A stretch of DNA of 64,000 bases from an uncultured Alphaproteobacteria bacterium (GTDB lineage: Bacteria; Pseudomonadota; Alphaproteobacteria; Rhodobacterales; Rhodobacteraceae), in contig CACMNE010000007.1 of assembly GCA_902614945.1 (NCBI GenBank), forward strand, positions 1,235 through 65,234, given 5' to 3'. Numbering within the stretch: the first letter of the stretch is position 1; the number at the start of each line of letters is the position of its first letter. The notes beneath the pieces are model-generated. The model made no database searches, was not told where the DNA came from, and saw only the letters and a list, made by a program, of their open reading frames with translations. This document shows positions 1 to 9,463 of this stretch, piece by piece. The position numbers and the translations under genes are program-made.

Positions 1-586
1 GATAAAATTAGCATTCCAAACTCCTAGCTATAATTTTCTTGCACTAGGATTTTTCACCTGTGGATTTCATGTAGCTTTTATTTCAACCCATATGCCTGGT
101 GTGATAGCTTATTGTGGTTTACCTACTTCTTTATCAGGGTGGTCTTTAGCTTTTATAGGTCTCTTCAATATTATAGGTAGTTTATTTGCGGGTTGGTATA
201 TTTCCAAAAGGAGTATGAAACTTTTTTTATCCTCAATTTATTTAAGTAGAGCATTAATTGTTCTTGTTTTTCTAATTTCCCCAAAAACCGAAGTCACTTT
301 TCTTATTTTTTCAGCTCTTTTGGGAGTTACATATTTATCAACAGTTCCACCAACAGCTGCTCTAGTATCAAAAATGTTTGGACCAAGTTGTATGGGTACT
401 TTATTTGGCCTTGCTTTATTTTCACATCAAATTGGCGCTTTTTTTGGTGCTTATTTAGGAGGTTACTTTTTTACTATTACAGGTGAGTATACTTTTGTCT
501 GGTTAATTGATATAATTTTAGCTATCTTTGCTGCACTAATACACTTGCCAATAAAAGAAAAGTTAGTAACAAAAAGTACTGTCTGA
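1..586 (+). CDS. MFS-type transporter, C-terminal part (gene begins upstream of the window)
   Basis: The frame of ORF 92..586 stays open back to base 2 (IKLAFQTPSYNFLALGFFTCGFHVAFISTH-MPGV...), so the gene is cut by the window edge. The product is a run of hydrophobic helices typical of the second half of a major-facilitator permease. Confidence 0.7.
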   Translation, partial: IKLAFQTPSYNFLALGFFTCGFHVAFISTHMPGVIAYCGLPTSLSGWSLAFIGLFNIIGSLFAGWYISKRSMKLFLSSIYLSRALIVLVFLISPKTEVTFLIFSALLGVTYLSTVPPTAALVSKMFGPSCMGTLFGLALFSHQIGAFFGAYLGGYFFTITGEYTFVWLIDIILAIFAALIHLPIKEKLVTKSTV

Positions 587-631
587 TTTGATCTTATGAA
601 TTATATTTTTTAAGGTATGCCGAGGTAAAAA

Positions 632-2080
632 ATGCTTTCCAAAGAATTAAGATCAGCAAGCCAAATAGTTGCACTTGTTGGACTATTTTTTTCAACATTA
701 ATGTTTATACCTTGGCTTGCATCTGTTGCAGTTGGTTGGAAAGGTGGTGATTCTTTTCTGTGGTCTGGGTTAACAGCTGGTTTTGGTTGTATTTTGATTT
801 TGTTGGCCACTAGGGGGGAAACGCCCAAGATATCAGCAAGGTTTGGAATATTAGTTGTTAATTTCTTATGGTGGGTAGTACCTTTGATATGTGCATTTCC
901 ATTTATTTTAGCTTTGCCAGAATTAACAATAGTAGATGCAATTTTTGAATCAACGTCTGGTTTAACCACAACTGGTGCAACAGTATTGTCAGATTTAATT
1001 AATCAACCTCGACCAATTTTACTTTGGAGGTCTTTAATGCAATGGGTTGGGGGACTTGGGATTTTATCGTTAGGATTAATACTTTTGCCCTTTCTTAGGG
1101 TCGGGGGTATGCAATTATTTAGAATGGAAAGTTCAGATAGGGCAGACAAGCCACTTCCAAGACTAATTGAGATATCAAAGTCTATAATTTTAATTTATCT
1201 AGTACTATCTGGATTATGTGCTTTTTCATATATAGCTGTAGGTGTAGCCCCTTTTGACTCTATTGCCCATGCTATGACTACAGTTGCTACAGGTGGTTTT
1301 TCAACTCATGATGAGTCAATTGGATATTACCAAAGCTCAAAGGTTTTATGGGTATCAATTATATTTATGATATTAGGAGGTTTACCATTTAGTTTTTTTA
1401 TTGCCATTTTCTTCACGCGAAATATACCAAAATCAGACCCGCAAATAATCTTTTTTTTAAGCTTAATTTTTCTTGCTAGTATTACTGTGATTTTAGTTGA
1501 TGTAACATTAATCGATATATCTTTTTTTAAAATCACACAATATATTTTTAATATTGTAGCAATTATTACGACAACTGGGTACGCCTCTGGCGATTTCATG
1601 ACATATTCAGGAATTGGTCCTGTGTTATTCTTTTTTTTAATTTTTGTTGGGGGTTGTGCTGGTTCCACTTCTGGAGGTATCAAAATTTATCGTTTTGTAA
1701 TTCTAGCTCAATTAATTAAATCTTCACTTAATGAGTTAATTTATTCCAGAGGTGTTTTTCTTATGAGATATGGGAGGCAAGTTGTTGATCAAACTGTTTT
1801 TAGATCAGCAATGATAATGATAACAACATTTTTAAGCTTTTTAGCGTTATTTACTATCATTTTAGGAGCTATGGGATTAGATTTTATAACAGCATTATCA
1901 GGTGCGGCTAGCGCTTTGGCCAATGTTGGTCCTGGTATTGGAGAAATAATAGGACCTTCAGGAAATTATAGTACCCTTGAAGATTCAGAAAAATTTGTTC
2001 TAATCATAGCAATGATTTTAGGGCGATTAGAATTGTTAGTAGTAATGGCTTTATTTATGCCAATTTTATGGAGAGATTAA
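632..2080 (+). CDS. trkH: TrkH-family K+ uptake membrane subunit
   Basis: 482-aa polytopic protein with repeated pore-loop-like segments (SGLTTTGATV, TVATGGFSTHD, ITTTGYASGDF, GGCAGSTSGGIK) characteristic of TrkH/KtrB. Confidence 0.88.
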   Translation: MLSKELRSASQIVALVGLFFSTLMFIPWLASVAVGWKGGDSFLWSGLTAGFGCILILLATRGETPKISARFGILVVNFLWWVVPLICAFPFILALPELTIVDAIFESTSGLTTTGATVLSDLINQPRPILLWRSLMQWVGGLGILSLGLILLPFLRVGGMQLFRMESSDRADKPLPRLIEISKSIILIYLVLSGLCAFSYIAVGVAPFDSIAHAMTTVATGGFSTHDESIGYYQSSKVLWVSIIFMILGGLPFSFFIAIFFTRNIPKSDPQIIFFLSLIFLASITVILVDVTLIDISFFKITQYIFNIVAIITTTGYASGDFMTYSGIGPVLFFFLIFVGGCAGSTSGGIKIYRFVILAQLIKSSLNELIYSRGVFLMRYGRQVVDQTVFRSAMIMITTFLSFLALFTIILGAMGLDFITALSGAASALANVGPGIGEIIGPSGNYSTLEDSEKFVLIIAMILGRLELLVVMALFMPILWRD

Positions 2081-2099
2081 TCTAGGTTTTACTTTTTTA

Positions 2100-2804
2100 A
2101 TGGAGATGATTATGGAAAAAGTTTTTCAGTCTGCTGAAAAAGCAATACAAGAGTTAATTTTTGATGGAATGAAAATAGCAGCTGGTGGGTTTGGGCTATG
2201 CGGAATTCCAGAAGAGTTGATCAATGCTCTTAAACTATCTGGGGTAAAAAATCTAACTATTGCTTCTAATAATGCAGGTGTAGATAACTTCGGTATAGGT
2301 CTTTTACTACAAACTAAACAAGTGAAAAAGATGATTTCATCATATGTTGGAGAGAATTCTGAATTCATGAGACAATATTTAAGTGGAGAGTTAGAATTAG
2401 AATTTACACCACAAGGTACATTAGCAGAAAGGATGAGAGCTGGAGGAGCTGGTATCCCAGGCTTTTATACAAAAACAGGACTTGGAACAGTCATTGCTGA
2501 AGGTAAAGAGCATAAGGATTTTAATGGCCAAATTTATATCCTAGAAGAGGGCTTTTTTGCAGATCTATCTATTGTAAAAGCATGGAAAGGTGATGAAGAA
2601 GGAAATTTAGTATATCGTAAAACTGCTAGAAACTTTAACCCAGTTGCTGCAATGTGTGGGAAAGTATGTATTGCCGAAGTTGAAGAATTAGTTCCAGTGG
2701 GTTCTTTGGATCCTGATCATATTCATACACCTGGAATATTTGTAAATAAAATATTAGTAGGGAAGCACGAAAAAAGAATTGAAAATATGACTTTATCAAA
2801 GTGA
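2100..2804 (+). CDS. scoA: 3-oxoacid CoA-transferase subunit A
   Basis: 234 aa with AAGGFGLCGIPEELI and the EFTPQGTLAERMRAGGAGIPGFYT block typical of class I CoA-transferase A subunits. Followed directly by the B subunit. Confidence 0.9.
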   Translation: MEMIMEKVFQSAEKAIQELIFDGMKIAAGGFGLCGIPEELINALKLSGVKNLTIASNNAGVDNFGIGLLLQTKQVKKMISSYVGENSEFMRQYLSGELELEFTPQGTLAERMRAGGAGIPGFYTKTGLGTVIAEGKEHKDFNGQIYILEEGFFADLSIVKAWKGDEEGNLVYRKTARNFNPVAAMCGKVCIAEVEELVPVGSLDPDHIHTPGIFVNKILVGKHEKRIENMTLSK

Positions 2805-2814
2805 GGATTTATCG

Positions 2815-3441
2815 ATGTGGGATCGTAATGAAATGGCTGCGAGGGCGGCAAAAGAAATTAAAAATGGTATGTATGTAAATTTGGGTATAGGTATACCTAC
2901 TCTTGTTTCTAATTTTATACCAAATAACATAGATATTACTCTACAATCTGAAAATGGTATGTTGGGTATGGGTCCGTTTCCAACTGAAGAAAATGTAGAC
3001 CCAGATTTAATTAATGCAGGAAAACAAACCATTACTGAGTTAAAAAAGACAAGTTATTTTTCAAGTGCTGACAGCTTTGCAATGATTAGAGGTGGTCATA
3101 TCGACATGGCTATTTTAGGTGCAATGGAAGTTTCAGAAAAAGGGGATTTGGCGAATTGGATGATACCTGGAAAACTCATTAAAGGAATGGGAGGAGCAAT
3201 GGATTTAGTTTCAGGTGTTAAGAGGGTAATTGTCATCATGGACCATACAAATAAAAAAGGTGAAAGTAAACTTTTAAAAGAATGCTCGCTGCCACTGACG
3301 GGTAAAAGTGTTGTAAATTCTGTTATTACAAATTTGGGTATGTTTGAAATCAATAAAGGAGGTATCAGGATTCTAGAAATTGCAGAAGGTTCAACAATAG
3401 ATGATATTAAAAAGTCAACAGAGGCTCATATTATTAATTAG
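2815..3441 (+). CDS. scoB: 3-oxoacid CoA-transferase subunit B
   Basis: 208 aa containing the catalytic-Glu SENG motif (LQSENGMLGMGPFP). Paired with subunit A 10 nt upstream. Confidence 0.9.
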   Translation: MWDRNEMAARAAKEIKNGMYVNLGIGIPTLVSNFIPNNIDITLQSENGMLGMGPFPTEENVDPDLINAGKQTITELKKTSYFSSADSFAMIRGGHIDMAILGAMEVSEKGDLANWMIPGKLIKGMGGAMDLVSGVKRVIVIMDHTNKKGESKLLKECSLPLTGKSVVNSVITNLGMFEINKGGIRILEIAEGSTIDDIKKSTEAHIIN

Positions 3442-4660
3442 TATTAAGAATTTCCTTAGTATTTATTGATAAATAAATCAGACCTATTGCCGATAGCGAC
3501 ATTACAAAAGACATCATAATAAATTGAGTATTTAAATTAATTTGGTTATCTAGCATTAATCCACTTATGAATGGGCCTAATGCAGAGGCGATTACCATAA
3601 AAGATGTTGCTATAGCTCTGACATCTCCAAGATATTTTGTTCCAAAATATTCTGGCCAGAAAGTTCCACTTAAAGAATTACTTATGCCTTGCATTATACC
3701 TAATAAGCTGAATGGAATTACAAAAAAAATTGGGTCTTTTAAAAAAATCATTGACAAAAATCCTAGTATGCCGGGGATTTGGTAATAGGGTAATACGGTC
3801 CGCACTCCAAACTTGTCTATAATATAACCAGTTAAAAAGGTGAAAATAATACTTGTAAATGTATAAAATGGAATAAGTATAGCAAATTGTGAAGCAGACC
3901 AATTATTTTCTATCCCAAGTGTAACCTGTTGAAAAAAGAAAATTGTTAAAAACATTGAATGAACAACAATTGCAAAAATCATTGGCCATGCAATCCATGA
4001 ATTAAGTACATCATATTTAGTCCAATATTTATTATAAATTCCTACTTCTTTTTTTATAAGTGAAGTATTATCAACATTACTAGGAGTTCTATCGTGAGTT
4101 AAAAGTATTTTAATTATAATAGAGATTAATAATAATATTAAACAAGCTAACCCCCAGGAAGGTCTCCACCCCAAAACCCCAATTAATGTAACAAAGATAA
4201 TTGGTAATAGAGCTTCTCCAAAGGTAAAACCAAGACTTGTAAAAGCAACAGTTTTCCCTCTATTCTTCGAAAACCATTTACCGCATAATACCATAGACAA
4301 ATGACTAGCAAAACCTTGCCCAAAAAATCTAAGGCCAAAAATTATCAAAATTAAAAGAACGATATCTTCTGCAAAAATCATCAAAAAACAGAAAAATGCA
4401 AGTGAAATAATCACTACAATACTCAGATTAACAGATTTAAATTTCTCAGTAATTCCTCCTAATTTAAACATCAGAGCAGCTGACAAGCATGTCCCTAATG
4501 CATAAATACTTCCCCAAGTTGTGTGGCTTACGTCAAAATCATATCGAATATATCCGGCAAAAATGGCAATAAAAAAAGTTTGCCCAAAGGATGACCCAAA
4601 GTAAAGTAGAGTAGTTATTACTAACCATCTCAAATTAGTATAATAAAAATTATTTTTCAT
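3434..4660 (-). CDS. MFS transporter
   Basis: 408 aa with about 12 predicted hydrophobic helices and an MFS-like loop (GKWFSKNRGKTVA). Its 3' end overlaps the scoB stop by 8 nt (convergent). Confidence 0.75.
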   Translation of the reverse strand: MKNNFYYTNLRWLVITTLLYFGSSFGQTFFIAIFAGYIRYDFDVSHTTWGSIYALGTCLSAALMFKLGGITEKFKSVNLSIVVIISLAFFCFLMIFAEDIVLLILIIFGLRFFGQGFASHLSMVLCGKWFSKNRGKTVAFTSLGFTFGEALLPIIFVTLIGVLGWRPSWGLACLILLLISIIIKILLTHDRTPSNVDNTSLIKKEVGIYNKYWTKYDVLNSWIAWPMIFAIVVHSMFLTIFFFQQVTLGIENNWSASQFAILIPFYTFTSIIFTFLTGYIIDKFGVRTVLPYYQIPGILGFLSMIFLKDPIFFVIPFSLLGIMQGISNSLSGTFWPEYFGTKYLGDVRAIATSFMVIASALGPFISGLMLDNQINLNTQFIMMSFVMSLSAIGLIYLSINTKEILNTN

Positions 4661-4694
4661 TTGTATTTAACTACTTCTATTGAATTAAGTATTA

Positions 4695-5030
4695 TTAACC
4701 CTTCATGCAATCAAAACATTTTTTTACTGCAGGGTTTGATTTAATGCGTTGAAATTCTATATCCTCTCCACAATCTATACAAACTCCAAAGTCTTCATTT
4801 TCTAGATTTTTCAAAGCCTCTTCCAATTGATTAAGACGCAGCTTTTGTCTTTCTAGTTTAGCAACAGACATTTCTTTATCTATAATACTATCCATTCTTG
4901 ACAGTCGTCCAATAAGTTGTTGGTCTAAATCAACTATTTTGTTTTTGGTTTCAATCATCTTAATGGCATTGAAAGTTATTCTTAACTCATTTTTAATAAT
5001 AAGTTCAATGTCTTTAAAATTTTTTTTCAC
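4695..5030 (-). CDS. DksA/TraR-family C4 zinc-finger protein
   Basis: 111 aa with an N-terminal coiled-coil region and a C-terminal CxxC-N17-CxxC finger (CIDCGEDIEFQRIKSNPAVKKCFDC). Apparent GTG start. Confidence 0.75.
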   Translation of the reverse strand: MKKNFKDIELIIKNELRITFNAIKMIETKNKIVDLDQQLIGRLSRMDSIIDKEMSVAKLERQKLRLNQLEEALKNLENEDFGVCIDCGEDIEFQRIKSNPAVKKCFDCMKG

Positions 5031-5134
5031 TTAATTAATAGTTTCTAAAAAAAAATTAAATCTATTATAAATAATATAAATATTATATTTATAAAAAATT
5101 ATTGAATTCATTTAAATTAATTAGAAAGAGTTAT

Positions 5135-5908
5135 ATGTCTAACAGTGTTATTGAATATAAGGTTTTAGATGGAGTAGCAAATATTTGTTTATCTAGGCCA
5201 AAACAATATAATTCATTGAATGGAGAATTAAGACAAAATTTTATACAAATTTTAGACAAAATTGAAAAAGATATTTCAATTAGAGTTGTTGTAATTAGTG
5301 GAGCAGGACCTGGCTTTTGTGCTGGGGCTGATTTAATTGAAACAACAGCAGAGGATATACCCATACAATTAGAAAATGAATATAAGCCAATTTTTGAGAA
5401 AATTGTAAATGGGAAAAAAATTTTTATTGCTGCAGTACACGGATCTGCTGCCGGTATAGGATCTACTTTAGCACTTGCTTGTGATTTTTTGCTTATGTGT
5501 GAAAATTCTAAGTTATCTTTTGTTTTTTCTAATATTGGGCTTATTCCAGATGGAGGGGCACATTGGTCATTATCACAAAAACTGGGCTATAATAAAGCCT
5601 TGGAATTTATTATTAATGGAGAACATGTAAGTGCTTCTGAATGCGAAAAATTAGGATTGGCAAATAAGATTTTTAAAGAAAATAATTTTATGAATGAAGT
5701 AGAGTCTTGGGCTAAAAAATTAGCCAAAAGATCTCCTTTAGTAGCAAAAGAAACAAAAGAACTTCTAAGGTATTCTAAGTATAGTGATTATTGGTCTACT
5801 TTTAATAAGGAAATTAAAATTCAAGCTAATTTAGCAAAAACAGATGATTTCAAAAATGCTGTGAAAGCTTTTTTTAATAAAGAAAAACCCAAATTTTCTG
5901 GTAAATAA
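5135..5908 (+). CDS. enoyl-CoA hydratase/isomerase (crotonase) family protein
   Basis: Crotonase oxyanion-hole signature ISGAGPGFCAGADL and GSAAGIGSTLALACD. The ORF track starts at TTG 5102; I prefer ATG 5135 (MSNSVIEYK...), which is preceded by AAAGAG. Confidence 0.82.
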   Translation: MSNSVIEYKVLDGVANICLSRPKQYNSLNGELRQNFIQILDKIEKDISIRVVVISGAGPGFCAGADLIETTAEDIPIQLENEYKPIFEKIVNGKKIFIAAVHGSAAGIGSTLALACDFLLMCENSKLSFVFSNIGLIPDGGAHWSLSQKLGYNKALEFIINGEHVSASECEKLGLANKIFKENNFMNEVESWAKKLAKRSPLVAKETKELLRYSKYSDYWSTFNKEIKIQANLAKTDDFKNAVKAFFNKEKPKFSGK

Positions 5909-5944
5909 TTTTTTTGTAAATACCAATTAATTTTTAGGATTAAC

Positions 5945-6820
5945 TTGAGTGCAAGTTTAAGAATTAGAAACTTTAATTATCTCAAAAGCATTTTTTTAAT
6001 GCTTTTGACAGGTTTATGCTTTGTTGCAGTAATGGTCAGTGTGAAATATTTAAGTAAAGATCTGCCTTCTATACAGGCAGCTTTTTTTAGATATTTATTT
6101 GGTTTGATTCTGATTTTACCTCTTTTTAAATTTCAGTACAAAAAAAATATAAATAAATTGCCTATATTCAAATATGGCTTAAGAGGAATAATCCATGGAT
6201 TTGCTGTAGTTCTATGGTTTTATTCTGTTGTTAACATTCCCATGGCAGATGTAACCGCAATAAACTATTTAACACCAATTTTTACAACTATTGGTGCAAT
6301 ATTAATTTTCAAAGAAGTTATTACTCTTAATAGAGTAGTTGCTCTTCTATTATCATTTATAGGTGCTATGTTAATTTTAAAGCCAGGCTTTGAAATTTTT
6401 TCTTATGGTAAAATTGCTCAACTATTTAGTACTATATTATTTGCTACTTCATATTTAATAGCGAAAAACCTAACTAAAACAGAAAGTACAAATTTAATTG
6501 TAATTTTCCTTACTTTTTTTGCTACAATTACCCTATTACCTTTTACTTTTTTTCTGTGGGTTAACCCTTCAATAGGTGATTTATTATTATTATTTGGTGT
6601 GGCAATTTTAGGAACACTTGGTCATTATTTTATGACTATGGCCTTATCATTAGCACCACTATCTGTTACTCAGCCAGTTATTTTTTTTCAGCTGATCTGG
6701 TCAACTTTAATTGGATTATTACTATTTGGTGAGTCGCTAGATATTTTTATATTAATTGGTGGTTCATTTATAGTGGTAGCTATAGTTCAATTATCATCTA
6801 ATGAAAAATTAAAAAAATAA
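5945..6820 (+). CDS. EamA/DMT-family transporter
   Basis: 291 aa with about 10 TM helices arranged as two EamA-like halves. TTG start as given by the ORF track; the exact start is uncertain. Confidence 0.72.
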   Translation: MSASLRIRNFNYLKSIFLMLLTGLCFVAVMVSVKYLSKDLPSIQAAFFRYLFGLILILPLFKFQYKKNINKLPIFKYGLRGIIHGFAVVLWFYSVVNIPMADVTAINYLTPIFTTIGAILIFKEVITLNRVVALLLSFIGAMLILKPGFEIFSYGKIAQLFSTILFATSYLIAKNLTKTESTNLIVIFLTFFATITLLPFTFFLWVNPSIGDLLLLFGVAILGTLGHYFMTMALSLAPLSVTQPVIFFQLIWSTLIGLLLFGESLDIFILIGGSFIVVAIVQLSSNEKLKK

Positions 6821-6854
6821 AAAACCCCCTAAAATAAATATTCTAGAGGGTTTT
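6821..6854. terminator. Candidate bidirectional intrinsic terminator between the convergent EamA gene and fccB
   Basis: AAAACCC(C)CT-loop-AG(A)GGGTTTT. The core is 7 bp plus 2 bp with one mismatch, with A/T runs on both sides so each strand reads stem plus T-tract. Confidence 0.45.
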
Positions 6855-6874
6855 AAATTTAGAAATTTTTAAAC

Positions 6875-8137
6875 TTAGCCAAACATGTCAGATGTTATAC
6901 CAGCGTACCATCCAAGACTTTCTTCATAAGTAGCTTTTCTAACAGCAGCATCTTCCCCAGTTTTGGAAACAAACCCAGAAACTTTAGCAATTTTCTCATC
7001 TGTAGCTTCATAACTTGCTCCAACTTTAATACCATCATTAGTATCAACAAGGGACCAACAAGTATTTGAGAATTTAGCTGGAAATACTTTTGAATCTGTA
7101 AGTTCGCCTCTGACTGCCATTGCGCATACCTTGGCTTGAGAATTAGCAGAAAACCCTGATTTTGGCATATCACCTTGTGCAGCTGCATCTCCCAGGATAT
7201 GAATATCACTATTTTTTCTACTTTGCATTGTATGTGCAATTGTTGGTGCCCAATTACCGTCTGTAACTCCTGCTAATTCAGCAATCTTACCGGCTTTCAT
7301 AGCTGGTATTACGTTACATACGTCAACTTTTTCAGCTTCACCATCAACAATTACTTCCATACTGGCAGGCCTTACTTCAACCCCTTTACCACCCATTTCT
7401 GGTCCTATCATTTCAATCATACCAGAATAGTGCTTATTCCAACCTTCTTCGAATAAGCCCTGTTTAGAAAATTTTGGTTTTGGTTCGAGGATTAAAATTT
7501 TTGCACTTGGGTTTATCTTCTTAAGTTTATGAGCCACCATGGAAACTCTTTCATAAGGTCCTGGAGGACACCTATAAGGATTAGGTGGTGCTACCATGCA
7601 ATAAGTCCCTCCTTGTCTCATATTCTCAATTTGGGCATTAAGAAGTTGAGTCTGAGATCCAGCTTTATAAGAATGAGGCATTTTATTTTGAGATGATAAA
7701 TCCCAACCTGGCACAGAATTGTCAACGAAATCAATTCCTGGAGAAAGAATTAGCTTATCATAATTCAAAGTTCCTCCACCAGCTAATGATACGGTCTTAC
7801 CACTTGAATCAACATCAACTGCCCAATCATGAACAACATTAATACCAAAATCACTGGCTAACTTTCCGTAACTATGGCCAATAGAATCAAAATCTCTAAA
7901 GCCACCTAGATATAAGTTTGAGAAAAAACAAGTATAATAGCTTCTCGTTGGTTCCACTAATGTAACATCAATAGCACCTTTTGAATCTTTGGCGATATAT
8001 CTTGCTGCTGTCGCTCCTCCTGCGCCACCACCTATCACCACAACTTTTGGTCTTGATGCTCCAAAAACCATTGGTGAAGACATTGTAGCGGCTATACCTG
8101 CCGAAGCAGAAATAAAATTTCTTCGATTTAGTTTCAT
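6875..8137 (-). CDS. fccB: Flavocytochrome c sulfide dehydrogenase, FAD-binding subunit
   Basis: Twin-arginine signal (MKLNRRNFISASAGIAA...), FAD fold VVVIGGGAGGATAARY, and FccB/SoxF-type blocks YYTCFFSN, RCPPGPYERVS, MPKSGFSANSQAKV and a C-terminal ...SDMFG. Confidence 0.9.
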   Translation of the reverse strand: MKLNRRNFISASAGIAATMSSPMVFGASRPKVVVIGGGAGGATAARYIAKDSKGAIDVTLVEPTRSYYTCFFSNLYLGGFRDFDSIGHSYGKLASDFGINVVHDWAVDVDSSGKTVSLAGGGTLNYDKLILSPGIDFVDNSVPGWDLSSQNKMPHSYKAGSQTQLLNAQIENMRQGGTYCMVAPPNPYRCPPGPYERVSMVAHKLKKINPSAKILILEPKPKFSKQGLFEEGWNKHYSGMIEMIGPEMGGKGVEVRPASMEVIVDGEAEKVDVCNVIPAMKAGKIAELAGVTDGNWAPTIAHTMQSRKNSDIHILGDAAAQGDMPKSGFSANSQAKVCAMAVRGELTDSKVFPAKFSNTCWSLVDTNDGIKVGASYEATDEKIAKVSGFVSKTGEDAAVRKATYEESLGWYAGITSDMFG

Positions 8138-8156
8138 ATTTGATCCTCCTTATAAA

Positions 8157-8525
8157 TTAATTATTTATCGATTCAAAAAAAATTGCAAGAGAAGCAATTT
8201 CTTCATTTGATAATCTTTGCGTAATCATTTCCATTATTGGATGGTTGCGTGCTCCACTCTTATATGAATGAAGGGCCCACACAAATGATTCTATAGGCCA
8301 TCCTGTAATTGAAGGAATACCTTCATCTAAACCTTGTGCATGATGGCATGTAGTGCATTCACTTGACAGATACTCTCCATAATCTATGTCACCAACAATG
8401 GCTAAAATTTCGTCAGAAACTTCAAATCCATCTTCATCATTGACTTGTTCGCTTGCCAATACATAAAAACCACAAAGATTTAAACATAGAGTTGAAATAG
8501 ATAATACTGATATTAAGCTTTTCAT
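8157..8525 (-). CDS. fccA: Monohaem c-type cytochrome, probable FccB partner subunit
   Basis: 122 aa with a Sec-type signal peptide and a single CxxCH site (CTTCHH). The gene sits 19 nt upstream of fccB on the same strand. The monohaem form resembles the small subunit of some flavocytochromes c or SoxE. Confidence 0.7.
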   Translation of the reverse strand: MKSLISVLSISTLCLNLCGFYVLASEQVNDEDGFEVSDEILAIVGDIDYGEYLSSECTTCHHAQGLDEGIPSITGWPIESFVWALHSYKSGARNHPIMEMITQRLSNEEIASLAIFFESINN

Positions 8526-8563
8526 AACCTAATTATACATATGAAATATGCTCCTGCAAGATA

Positions 8564-9463
8564 TTAACTTATTTGAATGCTCACACTTTTAATATAAAAA
8601 GACTTAATCTGGTTAGATATTAATTCTGGATTTTCTTCATGCATAAGATGTCCATGTTCAGGATTAGATATAAATTCTGCTTTTGGAATATCCTTTGATG
8701 CTTTAAGATTATCATGATTTTCAACAATATTATCATTTTGCCCAACTATTAAACAAACTGGAATTTCAATTTGTTTCAATCTCAATATGAGTTGGTTTAA
8801 ATTCCATTGCGACATCATCGCTAATGTTCCTTCAACATGTTTTTTGTCTGAAATTAATTTTTTATAATAAATTATACCTTTAGGATTAATCTTACTTCCT
8901 GTTAAACTGAGAAATTTTTCAACTTGATTTTTTGAAGAGTATAAAGAGGTAAAAAAAGGAACCGTTAGAGGACTCATTGATAAAAATTTAGCTAACAAAG
9001 GATATAATATTCCTGCAATGCCTGAAAAATTACCTAATGCTCCATTTAAACATAATATACCTTGTATTTTAATTTTTTTTGAAAGTGCTAAATTTAAAGC
9101 AACTGCTGCTCCTGCAGAATGACCTATAACTAAATTAGGATTTACATTCATTTTAATTAAAAGAAATTCTAAATCTTTAGTTATAGCCTCTAGGCTGGAT
9201 CGATTTTTTTTTCCTAATCTTGAAAAACCATGCCCTGGCAAGTCTACAAGAATTACTCTAAAATTATCTTTTAATTGATCTAAAATTAATCGCCAACTAT
9301 GTGTTGATGCACCAGCCCCGTGAATAAATAGAGCTATGGGCAAATTTTTTTTCTTGGTTTTAAGTTTGTTAGTATCTTGTACGTGCCAAGTATGAGTTTC
9401 GGAATCAATAAAATTACTTAATTCATGATGTGGCCAATCAAATTTTTCTTTATCCCATTGCAT
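8564..9463 (-). CDS. bchO: Alpha/beta-hydrolase BchO (Mg-chelatase-associated)
   Basis: 299 aa with the oxyanion region FIHGAGAS and the nucleophile elbow GHSAGAA. It sits immediately after bchD (the ATG overlaps the bchD stop by 1 nt), as in the Rhodobacter bchI-bchD-bchO arrangement. Confidence 0.85.
   Translation of the reverse strand: MQWDKEKFDWPHHELSNFIDSETHTWHVQDTNKLKTKKKNLPIALFIHGAGASTHSWRLILDQLKDNFRVILVDLPGHGFSRLGKKNRSSLEAITKDLEFLLIKMNVNPNLVIGHSAGAAVALNLALSKKIKIQGILCLNGALGNFSGIAGILYPLLAKFLSMSPLTVPFFTSLYSSKNQVEKFLSLTGSKINPKGIIYYKKLISDKKHVEGTLAMMSQWNLNQLILRLKQIEIPVCLIVGQNDNIVENHDNLKASKDIPKAEFISNPEHGHLMHEENPELISNQIKSFYIKSVSIQIS

Noticed and set aside
610-969. Antisense or overlapping ORFs from the six-frame track. 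Examples: 610..969, 1327..1683, 2126..2368, 2796..3032, 3096..3353, 3567..3902, 5131..5364, 6895..7239, 7989..8210, 10004..10909, 11225..11714, 12466..12762, 13935..14117, 16537..16734, 19335..19517, 21858..22496, 23898..24176, 25181..25378, 26716..26970, 27683..27892, 28876..29097, 29484..29675, 31362..31577, 32471..32719, 33693..34052, 34798..35151, 35963..36187, 41274..41552, 46030..46275, 48374..48616, 48866..49081, 51243..51627, 52337..52648, 53522..53737, 54404..54595, 55340..55573, 60383..60565, 63336..63704.
   Set aside because: Each lies inside, or opposite to, a longer ORF with a clear family identity and synteny. Their translations are low-complexity or unfamiliar, and AT-rich DNA readily produces such shadow ORFs.
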